DNA from: Octopus sinensis
Lineage: Eukaryota
DNA length: 44,513 nt
Reading direction: 5' to 3'
NCBI RefSeq assembly: GCF_006345805.1
Contig: NW_021834885.1
Span: 1-44,513 of the forward strand
Shown here piece after piece: positions 24,309-36,235 of the stretch. Made by a program: the position numbers and the translations under genes. The notes beneath the pieces are model-generated. The model saw only the letters and a program-made list of their open reading frames with translations. It was not told where the DNA came from and did no database searches. Every line of letters begins with the position of its first letter. The stretch's first letter is position 1.

Positions 24309-24707
24309 CTCTTTACTCTTTTACTTGTTTCAAGTCATTTGACTGCGGCCATGCTGGAGCACCACCTTTAATCAAGCAAATCGACCCCGGGACTTATTCT
24401 TTTGTAAGCCCAGTACTTATTCTATGAGACTCTTTTGCCGAACCGCTAAGTAACGGGGACATAAACACACCAGCATCGGTTGTCAAGCAATGCTAGGGGG
24501 ACAAACACAGACACACAAACGCATATATATATATACATATATACGACAGGCTTCTTTCAGTTTCCGTCTACCAAATCCACTCACAAGGCTTTGGTCGGCC
24601 CGAGGCTATAGTAGAAGACACTTGCCCAAGGTGTCACGCAGTGGGACTGAACCCAAAACCATGTGGTTGGTAAACAAGCTACTTACCACACAGCCACTCC
24701 TGCACCT
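24309..24707 (-). mobile_element. SINE family B, full length
   Basis: Near-consensus copy; an additional tail half lies at about 24952-25165. Confidence 0.9.
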
Positions 24708-25190
24708 AATACAAAAAAATTGAGGAAATTTTTTCTTTGGGTGTGTCACTGAGAAAGTCTCAAGGACTGCAGCCTGCCCACACTCAGCCTAGGGTATCTT
24801 TGACTGAATTAACCCCAGTGCATGACTGGTATTTATTTTTATCACTCGCAGCAAATTGAATGATAAACCTGACTCAAGTGCAGGGGTCTCCGAAGTGGTC
24901 GACAGGACTATTCAAGAGGTCGATAAATGTCTGAAAACCGCACATCTACTTATTACTCTTTTACTTGTTTCAGTCATTTTGACTGCGGCCATGCTGGAGC
25001 ACCGCCTTTAGTTGAGCAAATCGACCCCGGGACTTATTCTTTGTAAGCCCAGCACTTATTCTATTGGCCCCTTTTGCCGAACCGCTAAGTGACGGGGACG
25101 TAAACACACCAGCATCGGTTGTCGAGCAATGTTAGAGGGACAAACACAGACACACAAACATACACACACACACACACATATATATATATA

Positions 25191-25482
25191 TCACGTGACC
25201 GACCATACCATCAGATGTTGTTACACATCGCTGGTCACAATGCGTTCGCATTATTTTAGCCTTTGAATGACGCCACCCCGCTGGCTAAGCGAGCAGGCCA
25301 ACAGAAGAAAGAGTGGGAGAAAGAGTGGTGAAAGAGTACAGCAGGGATCACCACCCCCTGCCGGAGCCTTGTGGAGCTTTTAGGTGTTTTCGCTCAATAA
25401 ACACTCACAACGCCCGGCCTGGGAATCGAAACCGCGGTCCTCCGTCTGCGAGTCCGCTGCCCTAACCACTGGGCCATTGCGT
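25191..25482 (-). mobile_element. SINE family C, same 3' module as 14661-14948
   Basis: TCACGTGACCGACCA...CACTGGGCCATTGCG. Confidence 0.85.
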
Positions 25483-25729
25483 TATCTCCCCAACTTTCCT
25501 TCTCATGTTTGACCCTTCTGTCCGGCACTAACCGCCATGATAGATCGCTAACCACTACACACATTTTTTCTCTCCTTGTTTATTTTTCTGTATCCCTTTC
25601 TTGTAGAAGAGCATCAGCTCAAAACGTAAAAGACTTTTTCTATTCCTGAGCATTATACTAATACATCTGTTTGTTTTGTACACCACCTGTCTTCGTCTTT
25701 TGTTTTTTTTCTTAAACTCTCCCTATCTA

Positions 25730-25771
<42 letters not shown>

Positions 25772-26617
25772 TTAGATATTAATGTTTGTATAATAAAAAC
25801 AATTTTACATTAAATTGGAGGGTAAATTTATTATTCTTTAACAAGAATAGTGTTGATAGTGACTTTGAACTTTTGGCTAGCTAGGACATCATCAGAATGT
25901 CAGTCAGACGATGATTAAGCCGGCCAAAACTTCGGAGTCACTGTCAAAAACTATTCTCGTTAAAAGAGTAATGAACACATGTAGATGGATGCAGATATGT
26001 ATATTATATTTAACAGCAACTACACCTCCGTTAGAACGAAATGAAATGAAATGAAATGCAAGGAAACCAAAAAAAAACAAAATGAAAAAGAAATACATAA
26101 ACAACAATAAAAAAAGAAAATGGTGGCTCATTATAATAAGAGATGAAAAGACTGTGAAAAAGAAAAACAAAAAAAGTAGACAACTGTAAAAGCAAAAAAA
26201 AAAAAAGAAACAATTTAAGATACATTTGAATAAATATAAACAAAAGAATTTCAAAAAATGGATAAAATAGTTGACATGTAATCTCCATACTTTCTCTGTA
26301 TACACACATACATGATGGCTGTGTAGTTAAGGAGTTTACTTAGCAACCACAGCTCTGGTTTAACCCGAAACTATGGCACTTTGGGCAAATGTCTTCTACT
26401 ACTGAGCCATTGGCCATTAATTGGCAATCATAGTTCTGAGTTAATCCCAAACTGTGGCACATTGAACAAGTGTTCTCTACATATATAGCCCTGGGCTGAC
26501 TGATATCTTGCCAGTGAAATCTGACGCAGGGAAACAGTATGGAAGTTCAGACATGACAGTGTAGTTAAAGAGTGGCTGAAACCAACGACATACGCAAGTT
26601 GAAGTATGCCTGTATTT

Positions 26618-26972
26618 AGGCACAGGAGTGGCTGTGTGGTAAGTAGCTTGCTTACCAACCACATGGTGTCAGGTTCAGTTCTACCATGTGACACCTTGGG
26701 CAAGTGTCTTCTATTAAGCCTCAAGCTGACCAAAGCTTTGCAAGGGGATTTGGGAGCTGGAAACTGAAAGAAGCCTGTCATATATATATATATATATATA
26801 TATACGTATATATTTGTCCCCCCACCATCACTTGCAACCAATGCTGGCATGTTTACGTTCCCGTAACATAGCAGTTCAGCAAAAGAGACTGACAGAATAA
26901 GTACTAGGCTTGAAAAATAATAAGTTCTGGGGCTGGTGCTCCAGCATGACTGCAGTCAAATGACTGAAACAA
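26618..26972 (+). mobile_element. SINE family B
   Basis: AGGCACAGGAGTGGCTGTGTGG ... GACTGAAACAAG. Confidence 0.82.
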
Positions 26973-27021
26973 GGGTTTAGCCAGACAAAATCTTCTTCAG
27001 TAGTTATTTATTTTGAAATCT

Positions 27022-27572
27022 CATACTTATTCTACCACTCTCTTTTGCCAAACCACTAACCGCAAACTTATGGGGATGTAAACAAACCAACAATGGTTGT
27101 CAAGCAGTGGCAGTGGGGCCGACAAACACACATATCTATGAAATGGGCTTATTTCAGCTTTTGTCAACCAAATCGCAGCTGCAAGCTTTGGTTGGCCCAG
27201 GGCTGCATAGTAGAAGACAGCTGACCAAAGTGCCAGCATACAGAGGGACTGAACTTGAAACGAAATGGTTGGAGAGCAAGCTTCTTACTACACAGCCACA
27301 TTCAACAAAATTTCATTTGATGCATACCACAAACTTATGCAGATGTAAACAAACCAACTACGGCTGTCCCAGCAGTTGCAGGAGGATGAACACATATATA
27401 TCTATATAAAATGGGCTTCTTTCAGTTTTTGTCGACCAAATCCCAGCCACAAGCTTTGGTTGGCCCGGGACTATGGTTATAGTAGAAGACAACTGTCCAA
27501 GGTGCCAGCATACAGAGGGATTGAACTTGAAACCATGTGGTTGGGAAGCAAACGCCTTACCACACAGCCACA
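27022..27572 (-). mobile_element. Two tandem diverged SINE family B copies
   Basis: About 27022-27302 and 27330-27572 share diagnostic changes (GTGCCAGCATACAGAGGGA) and flank. Confidence 0.75.
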
Positions 27573-28745
27573 TCCAACTAAATTTCACTCAACGCATACA
27601 TAATGAATGAATGAATGGAAGATAAGGGGCGAGAGGTGGAGAGAGGATGGAAGTGAAGGGGGTAGGCAGGCAAGCAAGAGGAGGGGAAGAGGTGATGGGT
27701 GTGGTGGGAGGGTGGGGATAGGAGGAGGAGGTTGTGTTGTGTTAGTAAATCTACATTATTTTTGTTATCATTTTCTATTAATTTTAATTTTTTTTTGGCT
27801 TTTCTTGTTATTTCACTGCAAGCACAGACCAGGTTAGAAAGATTATAAAAAGACCAAAAAAACTGCACACTAAGATTGTTCTCAATTGCAGCAAACCAAT
27901 GAACAAACAAAAACAAAACAAACAAACAAACAAAAAAAGAGCAAACCGTGGCGTAAGGCAGGGTGAGAGGGAGGGCGGTGAAGGTACGGCGGCGGGGTGT
28001 GGGTGGCGGCGGCAGTGGAATAAGGTGTGATGAGGGGGGTGGGTGGGGGTGTAGCTAATAAACGCAACCGACACGATCCAGAGTAATAGCGGTAGTAGTA
28101 GTAGTGATGGTAGTAGCAATAGTAGTAGTAGCAAAAATCAACAATGAAAAACAAATAAACAAGTATGTAAAAAAAAAAGACATAAAAACTCAAAACAAAC
28201 AAGCGATGTTCCAAAGATATTAACTATATATTACACATACATACATACATATATATATATATGCATATATATATATATACACACACACACGAAAATAAAA
28301 AGGATTAAAACCAGAGTGTTGTATTGAAACAACTGTAACAAAATAATGCCATAAATTCCAGTCTTTGATTTTATATATGTATATATATTTATATATATAT
28401 ACATATATATATAGATATATATATACATATATACACACACACCTTGTCTTTTCAAAATGGGGAAAAGAGATTGCGGTGGAAAAATTAAAATATACAAATT
28501 GAGGCATTTTTTTTTTGGGGGGGGGGGGCACTTCTTATTTTTCAAACGTTCATTGACGTTGAAGCTCCTTCCCGCCAAAGGACATAAACTATAACTAATT
28601 AACGATAACGAAAGAAAGAAAGAAAGAAAATAGATGAAAATAAAATGACAAACAACGAATATAAACGTACTCCTACGTGACACGAGAGGAAGTATTAGGA
28701 TCTTGAATCTGAATATAGAGTAAGGGGAATAATAATAATAATAAC

Positions 28746-29304
28746 AATGCCCTGATGCAGTACCAGGCAGTGGTTCTCGTGGCTTCTGATCTTAACTGAT
28801 TGGAAGTGTTATCATGTACATTGTGTTGTCTTGGTATAAAAGATGGGCTACAGCAAATATTCTGCTCAATACCACAGATTTGCTTGTAAGTTGTTTGACC
28901 ATAACCAGTTGAGCATGTCCCTAAGTGGCTGACAATATGCTCATCTCTGATCATGAGCAGAAGAAGTGGGGAAGCAATCATAGCCATGTGTTGAGAGGAA
29001 TTCTTTGGGGTTTGAATAATTCACCTCTGGAAACATGGGTGGTACGTTCAATATCCTTAAACAACCCTTATTCAGGGACCTTTTGAGCAGGATGGGTTAC
29101 TCGACCAGAAGAAAATTCTAACTGGGCCCCATCTGCAAGGTCATGCACCTTTTATATTGATATGAGATCACCATGACGCGCACATTTAGTTGTGATGCAT
29201 GTGCCTGGTGTACCCTTATCAGATGGGTAGTCATGATGGGTATACTGGGCTTCGTATATTTGTACCCCAGTGTCACTTTGATGGCATGCACTGCTCTCTC
29301 ACTC
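28746..29304 (+). mobile_element. Interspersed repeat family F
   Basis: The 3' ~335 bp recurs at 31374-31704 in the same orientation; ends CTGCTCTCTCA(C/T)TC before a triplet tail. Confidence 0.7.
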
Positions 29305-30180
29305 ATCATCATCATCATCATTTAACGTCCGCTTTCCATGCTAGCATGGGTTGGACGGTTCAACTGGGGTCTGGGGAGCCCGAAAGCTGCACCAGTCCAG
29401 TCAGATCTGGCAGTGTTTCTACAGCTGGATGCCCTTCCTAACGCCAACCACTCCGAGAGTGTAGTGGGTGATTTTATGTGCCACCGACACAGGTGCCAGA
29501 CGAGGCTGGCAAATGGCCACGCTCGGATGGTGTTTTTATGTGCCACCGACACAGGTGCCAGACGAGGCTGGCAGACGGCCACGCTCGGATGGTGTTTTTT
29601 TTTTATGTGCCACCGACACAGGTGCCAGACGAGGCTGGCAGACGGCCACGCTCGGATGGTGTTTTTATGTGCCACCGACACAGGTGCCAGACGAGGCTGG
29701 CAGACGGCCACACTCGGATGGTGTTTTTATGTGCCACCGACACAGGTGCCAGATGAGGCTGGCAAACGGCCACGATCGGATGGTGCTTGTTACGTGCCCA
29801 CAGCATGGAGGCCAGTCGATGCGGTACTGGCTACGGCCACGTTCGGATGGTTTTCTTATGTGCCACATGCCACTGGCACTGGTACCACAAAGATACAAAT
29901 TCCATTGATGTTCATCTATTTTGATTTGTTTTGATTTTCACTTGCCTCAACAGGTCTTCACAAGTGTCACAAGAAGGAAGGTATGCACAGGTGGACTGAC
30001 TACGTCCCAGGTAGGGGCCATGGGTTATGGCCTGACTAGTCTTGCCGGGTCTTCGGATGGTGTTTTTATGTGCCACCGACAGGTGCTAGATGAGGCTGGT
30101 GTTTGTTATGTGCCCACAGCACGATGGCCAGTGATTTTCACTTGCCTCAACAGGTCTTCACAAGTGTCACAAGAAGGAAG
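29304..30180 (-). mobile_element. Retroposon family E with (GAT)n tail and internal 62-bp tandem repeat
   Basis: Minus-strand 3' end CCAACCCATGCTAGCATGGAAAGCGGACGTTAAA(TGA)n also occurs at about 41030-41232 (+). RTE-like tail is an inference. Confidence 0.65.
29476..29785. repeat. 5 x 62-bp GC-rich tandem repeat
   Basis: ATGTGCCACCGACACAGGTGCCAGACGAGGCTGGC at 29476, 29538, 29605, 29667 and 29729. Confidence 0.93.
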
Positions 30181-30420
30181 GACCTGCTGAGGCAAGTGAA
30201 AATCAATCACAATAGATGAACATCAATGGAATTTGTATCTTTGTGGTACCAGTGCCTGTGGCACACAAGAAAACCATCCGAACGTGGCCGTAGCCAGTAC
30301 CGCATCGACTGGCCTCCGTGCTGTGGGAACATGGTGGCACATAAAAACACCATCCGAAGACCCGGCAAGACTAGTCAGGTCATAACCCGTGGGCCCTACC
30401 TGGGACGTAGTCAGTCCACC

Positions 30421-31340
30421 TATAATGATGATAATAATAATAATAATAAAAACAACGATAATGATTTCAAATTTTGGCACAAGACTAGTATTTTGTGGGG
30501 AGTGTCTAAGTTGATTACATTGACCTCAGTGTTTCACTGGTACTTATTTTATTGACCCTGAAACGATGAAAGGCAAAGTCAACCATAGCGGAATTTGAAC
30601 TCAGCATGAAGACAGACGAAATACCACTAAGCATTTTGCCCAATGCGCTAACAATTCTGCCAGTTTGCCGCCTTAATAATAGTAAAAACCATTTCTATTA
30701 AAAGGCACAAGACCTGAAATTTTTGGGGAGGGAACCAGTTGATTATGTTGACTCCAGTGTTTCACTGGTACTTAATTTATCGACCCCGAAAGGATAAAAG
30801 GTAAAGCCTACCTTGGCGGAATTTGAACTCAGAATGTAAAGACAGATGAAATACTAAGCATTTCGCTCACATGCTAATGATTCTCCCAGCTTACTGCCTT
30901 AATAATAATCACTACTACTATAAGCACAAGGCCCTAAATATTTTGAGGGAATCGACTAGTTGATTATATCAATCCCAGTATTCAAAGGGAACTTAATTTC
31001 ATCAGCCCCAAATGGATGAAAGGTGAAGTTGACATTGGCAGAATTTGAACTAGGGAATGCCACTAAGCATGTTAACAGTCCTGTCAGCTTGCCACCCTCA
31101 TAATAGTAGCAATATTAATAAGGGTTTTATATTTTGGCACAAGGCAAGCCTTTTCAGGGAAGGTGGAGGAGGGAGGGGGCTAGACGATTACATCGGCCGC
31201 ACTGCTTGACTGGTAATTATTGACCCTGAAAGGATGAAACTACCAAAGTCAATCTCAGAAGAATTTGAACTCAGAAGAATGTAAAGACAGATGAAATGCA
31301 GCTATTTTGGTAGGTATGATAATGATCCTGCAAATTTTCC
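30421..31340 (-). mobile_element. Cluster of four head-to-tail SINE family A (tail 2) copies
   Basis: Repeated CACAAG.CC..AAATTT ... GGAATTTGAACTCAG ... CCAGCTT.CCGCC blocks separated by (TAA)n. Confidence 0.8.
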
Positions 31341-31373
31341 AATAATAATAATAATAATAATTAGTTTTGGTAG

Positions 31374-31704
31374 GGGAGCATCATAGCCATGTGTAGAGAG
31401 GGATTCTTTGGAGTTTTAATAATTCACCTCTGGAAACATGAGTGTTTTGTTCAACATCCTTAAACAACCCTTATTCAGGGACCTTTTGCGGGATGGGTTA
31501 CTCGACCAGAAGAAAACTCTAACTGGGCCCCACCTGCAAGGTCACATGCTGTTTATCTTGATATGAGATCACCATATCGTGCACATATGGTTGTGATGCC
31601 CGTGCCTAGTGTACTCTTAGCAGACGGGTAGTCATGATGGGTATACTGGGATTTGTGTATTTTACCCCAGTGTCATTTTGATGGCATGCACTGCTCTCTC
31701 ATTC
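31374..31704 (+). mobile_element. Family F, 5'-truncated copy
   Basis: High identity to 28970-29304; (AAT)n tail. Confidence 0.75.
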
Positions 31705-31878
31705 AATAATAATAATAATAATAATATTTGTATTGGCATCCTTTCTGTCTCGAGAGACAATGGAGTTGCGCATGAAGTAGTCTAGTCCGGCTTTTATATT
31801 TCATGTCCTGATACATTTCCTGTATTCCTTCGAGTGATAAGTCCATTCAGATTGGCGTAAATAATAATAATAATAATG

Positions 31879-31916
<38 letters not shown>

Positions 31917-32215
31917 CCTTTCTACTATAGGCACAAGGCCTGAAATTTGGGGGAAGGGGGCCAGTATATTAGATTGATCGCAGTACACAACTGGTACTTA
32001 ATTTATCGACTCTGAAAGGAAGCAAAGCAAAATCGACCTTAGCAGAATTTGAACTCAGAACGTAGCAGCAGAAGAAACATAGGTAAGCATTTCACCTGGC
32101 ATGCTGATTCTGCCAGCATGCCGCCTTATTACTACTACTACTACTAATAATAAAACTTTCTAAGTTTGGCACAAGGCCAGCAGATTTAGAGGTGGGGGTA
32201 AGTCGATTACATCGT
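31917..32215 (-). mobile_element. SINE family A (tail 2) plus partial copy
   Basis: CCTTTCTACTATAGGCACAAGG (31917) to TGCCAGCATGCCGCC (32126), then a tail-only fragment. Confidence 0.82.
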
Positions 32216-32537
32216 GTCAGCAATATTATTGATTGCTCTGGCATCCCATGTCCAACGAGATTTGCTAATTCGAGGTTTTTCTCGGGGAAATCTAAAGTGA
32301 TAATCAAACAAGCGAAGGGATTAACAAGGAGCCCATGTTGGTCCCACAAACCCCTGGCATTGAATGGAGAAAGAGAATATTCTTTACAAATAAAATAAAA
32401 TTAACCAAAAAAAAAAAAAACATAAATTAATTACAACAGCCCATTTAATAATCAACGAAGACCCTCTCCTCATTACCAACAACGGAACGACACCAAATTT
32501 ATATATTTTTTAGTTATTTTTTTTTTTTTTTACTCAC

Positions 32538-32657
32538 CGCACATATATGGACTTTGTCCCGACTGAGAAAATGGTCCCGAACCGGATCCTAAGTAACCAC
32601 CGCTCGGTAAGTAGCTGGGGTTTGGCATCTGACTATTGGTTGTCTTCAATTTCACTG
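32538..32657 (-). CDS. eya: Eyes absent-like exon (120 nt, phase 1 to 1): (T)[39 protein letters not shown](G)
   Basis: Acceptor ttgttttcttgattcag|CAGTG and donor TGCG|gtgagt. Frame is continuous with both neighbours. GQSPY is similar to EYA GQ(A/T)PY. Confidence 0.85.
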
Positions 32658-32739
32658 CTGAATCAAGAAAACAAATCTCACCCAATCTTCCCAGAACCAA
32701 AACATGTAAATGATGAACATTCACCAGCATTTTATATAT

Positions 32740-33010
32740 AATATATATATGTGTGTATATGCATATATATATATATATATATATGCATATATATATATGC
32801 ATATATATATATGCATGTATATATGCATATATATATATATGCATATATATGCATATGTATATATGCATATATGTATATATGCATATATATATATGTATAT
32901 ATATGCATATATATGTATATATAAAAATATATAAACAGATACATGTACATATATAGACATTGTGTATATACATACAAATGTATCTATACATGCATACGCA
33001 GACACATATA
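32740..33010. repeat. (ATATGC/AT)n alternating purine-pyrimidine tract
   Basis: Direct inspection; lies about 80-350 nt upstream (transcript sense) of the 120-nt exon. Confidence 0.93.
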
Positions 33011-33813
33011 TACATAAGTTATTTTAATTAAATAGAAACAAACAAACAAACAAAAAAACTATTAGAATTTGTCACTTAACAGAAGTGAATCAAAAGTGAG
33101 ATTATTATAATTAGGAAGAAAAAAAAATGTAAATGAACTTATGAATAAAAAAAAACACAAACAAATAAAATCAGTGTTAATTAATTAACTATTTAATTAA
33201 TCACACCAGTCAACAAAATGTTGAGTGAAAGAGGGTGGAAAGGTAATTTGGGTGGAGTTAGTTTTTGGCCCTTATTAACATGATAATTTTTTTTTAAATC
33301 CTAATAATTTTTTTGTGAATGTTATTGAATTGAATGTGTTTAGAAATCGGAAAATATTTTAACATTTTCAAGTGAAAAGCAGTCAGATGTCCTAGTTTGG
33401 ACTAGAAATTGTAACTACGATCTATCTATCTATCTATCTATCATCTCTCTCTCTCTCTCTCTATCTAACTATTCCTCTTGCAAAAATATTCTGTTTTTAT
33501 GTTCGAACTGGCCAGATCCAGCTTCTCACTCCTACCCTACCATGACATATCTAAAAATATACTATCTTGTCATTGAAATCTTGAAACTATGAGATAATGC
33601 ATGATTAGTTCAAAGCAATGTGAATAAATAAACATTACATTTGACAGAAGAATCTGAATGCTATATATATAATGATAATAATAATGAGGGAATATTATTC
33701 CGAACTTACAGGGAAAAATTCAATTTAGAAATATATATATATATATATATATATATGCATGCAGAAACATGTCATTAATCCACTATGAAATTGTATTATT
33801 ATTACTATTGTTA

Positions 33814-34035
33814 GGTGGCGAGCTGGCAGAATCATTTTAGCATGCTGGATGAAATGCTTAGCGGTATTTCGCCCATCAATACGTTCTGAGTTCAAATTCT
33901 GCCGAGGCCGACTTTACCTTTCATCCTTTCAGGGTCAATTAAATAAGTACCAGTTACATACTGGGGTCAACGTAGTCGACTCCCCCAACCAAAAAAAATT
34001 TCAGGCCTTGTGCTTATAATAGAAAAGACTTATTA
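33814..34035 (+). mobile_element. SINE family A (tail 2)
   Basis: GGTGGCGAGCTGGCAGAATC ... GAGTTCAAATTCTGCCGAGG ... AATTTCAGGCCTTGTGC. Confidence 0.87.
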
Positions 34036-34729
34036 TTCTTAATCCTATGCAGAAAGGAATCCTGCAGGTATACTCAGAACTGAAAGTACCCTGAGGTATA
34101 ATATATGGTAATCACACAACAGTATAGGAACAAGCCACTCATGATCAATATCATATATAAATTTGACTGCAAATGTTAGAGTTATAAACTTCATGACTTC
34201 AACTGTTTTACTGGTTATAAAAGTACAACCAGTATCTACTGGCTCACATTACATTTACAAGGAGCAACTGCAATGCACTCCATCACACAGGTCAGAGACA
34301 ACTAACCCGGCAAGCCATTCTAGGGTCACACTTCGGCATGTGAAGAATGGATGGACACTCATACAAGGCAGAAACACTACCTATCTATAAAAGGATCTCT
34401 CTCTCTCTCATTATAAGTATATGTTATCTATCTGTCTATCTATCTATCTATCCATTTGTGTATGTCTATATATATCTGTGCTCCTGAACCAGCTGTTATG
34501 TGTTCCACCCATGAGGGATCGATACTAGATGTGTGGAAACAACTGTCGTGATTAAAAAAAAATTCTCGCATATTCTATCTTCAGTCTTTCCTTTAGCATA
34601 CACACACACACACACACACACACATATCAAGAAAAAAAGGAAGGGGGTGTCAGGATTTGGATACAAACTATTTATTTAGTGTTTTCAACCCTTTGAGGGG
34701 ATATATATAAAATCTGTGCACCACTTCAA

Positions 34730-34863
34730 ACAATTTATATATATATATATACATACATATATACATATATATACACACACACACACACATATATATATAT
34801 ACAAATATATACATATACATACAAATATATATATACATATATACATACAATATATATATACAT

Positions 34864-34898
<35 letters not shown>

Positions 34899-34990
34899 CA
34901 CATATATATACACATATATATACATACACATATATATACATACACATATATATACATACACATATATATACATATATATATATATATAAG
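34730..34990. repeat. (AT/AC)n compound microsatellite
   Basis: Direct inspection. Confidence 0.95.
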
Positions 34991-35797
34991 GTTCTAAGAA
35001 AAAGCTTGTTTGTTCCATGTAACTCTTAACATCCTGTATAAAATGAATCCACCCTATACTGCATGCATCTCTCAATCCTAAAACCACCCGAAGTAAAAAT
35101 ACCCTTGTTTACATTTGTTTCAAAGGAAGTTATTAACTTTCTAATCTCAGGAAGAAAAGCTTTAATCCTTTCTCGTTATCATTTATTTATATTTTTTTAA
35201 CATTCGTTATCAAAATCAACAAATGCGTTACCGAGTTTGTAATTTATTTGCAGAGGTCCCCCTTTTTTTTTTATTTATTATTATTTAAATTAAAACTTTC
35301 ATGTAAAATAGCTGGGTATTTTGTGTCTGAAGGGAGTAACTCTGCTTACCTATAAATTTCATAATGAAAAGGAACCAAAAAGATCAGGGTAAAGCATTAA
35401 TTTAATTTACTTCTTATATTTGTATGTTCATGTCTGTTATTAATTGCATTTAATCCAGTACTAACATTTCTTTCCATCATCTTCTTTGAATGTATCTGTT
35501 TTTTTTTTCCCGGTTATTATTAAATAATAAATTAGCAATCACATATGCATAATATTTTTTTTTTTAGCACAAATGACTATTTATAATACAAACAGAAACA
35601 AATGCTTTTTTGACAAGAATGCCAAGTTTCACAATAACCTAACCACAAGTAAATACACTATAAACATTTCAATAAACAAACCCATTTTTAAGTATTTTCT
35701 ACTTAATAATTGCAAGACTGTGCAACTGGCTTCAAGCATTTTCAAAAGGATGTTAGGAGTTAAATTTAACAAAAAAATTAAAAACCCTTTAGTATAT

Positions 35798-36235
35798 TTA
35801 ACTCTTTAGTGTTTAAACTGGCCATATCCGGCCCAAATATTCTGTATCTTTTTTATATCCAAGCTGGCGCTATCTAGCCTCTCACACCTAACCCACATTG
35901 ACATTCTAAAAATAAACAATCACGTCATTGAAACTTCAAAGTTATAAGATAATGCATGATTAATTAAAAACAATTTGAGTAAAAAAATATTACATTTAAC
36001 AGAGTAATCTGAACACTAAAGGGTTAAACCAGTCACATCAAGCTTGAATATTTTACCTGCTGTATGTCCATACTGGCAAGGTCCAGCCTATCGCACCTAG
36101 CCTACAATGCCAGTCTAAAAATACAGTCACATCATTGAAATCTAAAAGTTATGAGATGATACGTGATTAATTCAAAATAACGCAACCAAATAAGGATTAT
36201 ATTTGAGAGAGTAAACTGAATGCTAAAAGAATTAA
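35798..36235. mobile_element. Two adjacent family H MITE copies (second degenerate)
   Basis: First copy TTAACTCTTTAG...CTAAAGGGTTAA at 35798-36027, immediately followed by a diverged repeat of the same body. Confidence 0.75.

Noticed and set aside
29338-29934. 198-aa and overlapping Cys/His-rich ORFs (CHRHRC repeats)
   Set aside because: They are products of the 62-bp tandem repeat, open in several frames on both strands, with no splice or domain support.
28970-31704. LTR retrotransposon (direct terminal repeats)
   Set aside because: No TG...CA ends, PBS, PPT, TSD or coding remnants. The repeats have triplet tails typical of non-LTR retroposons.
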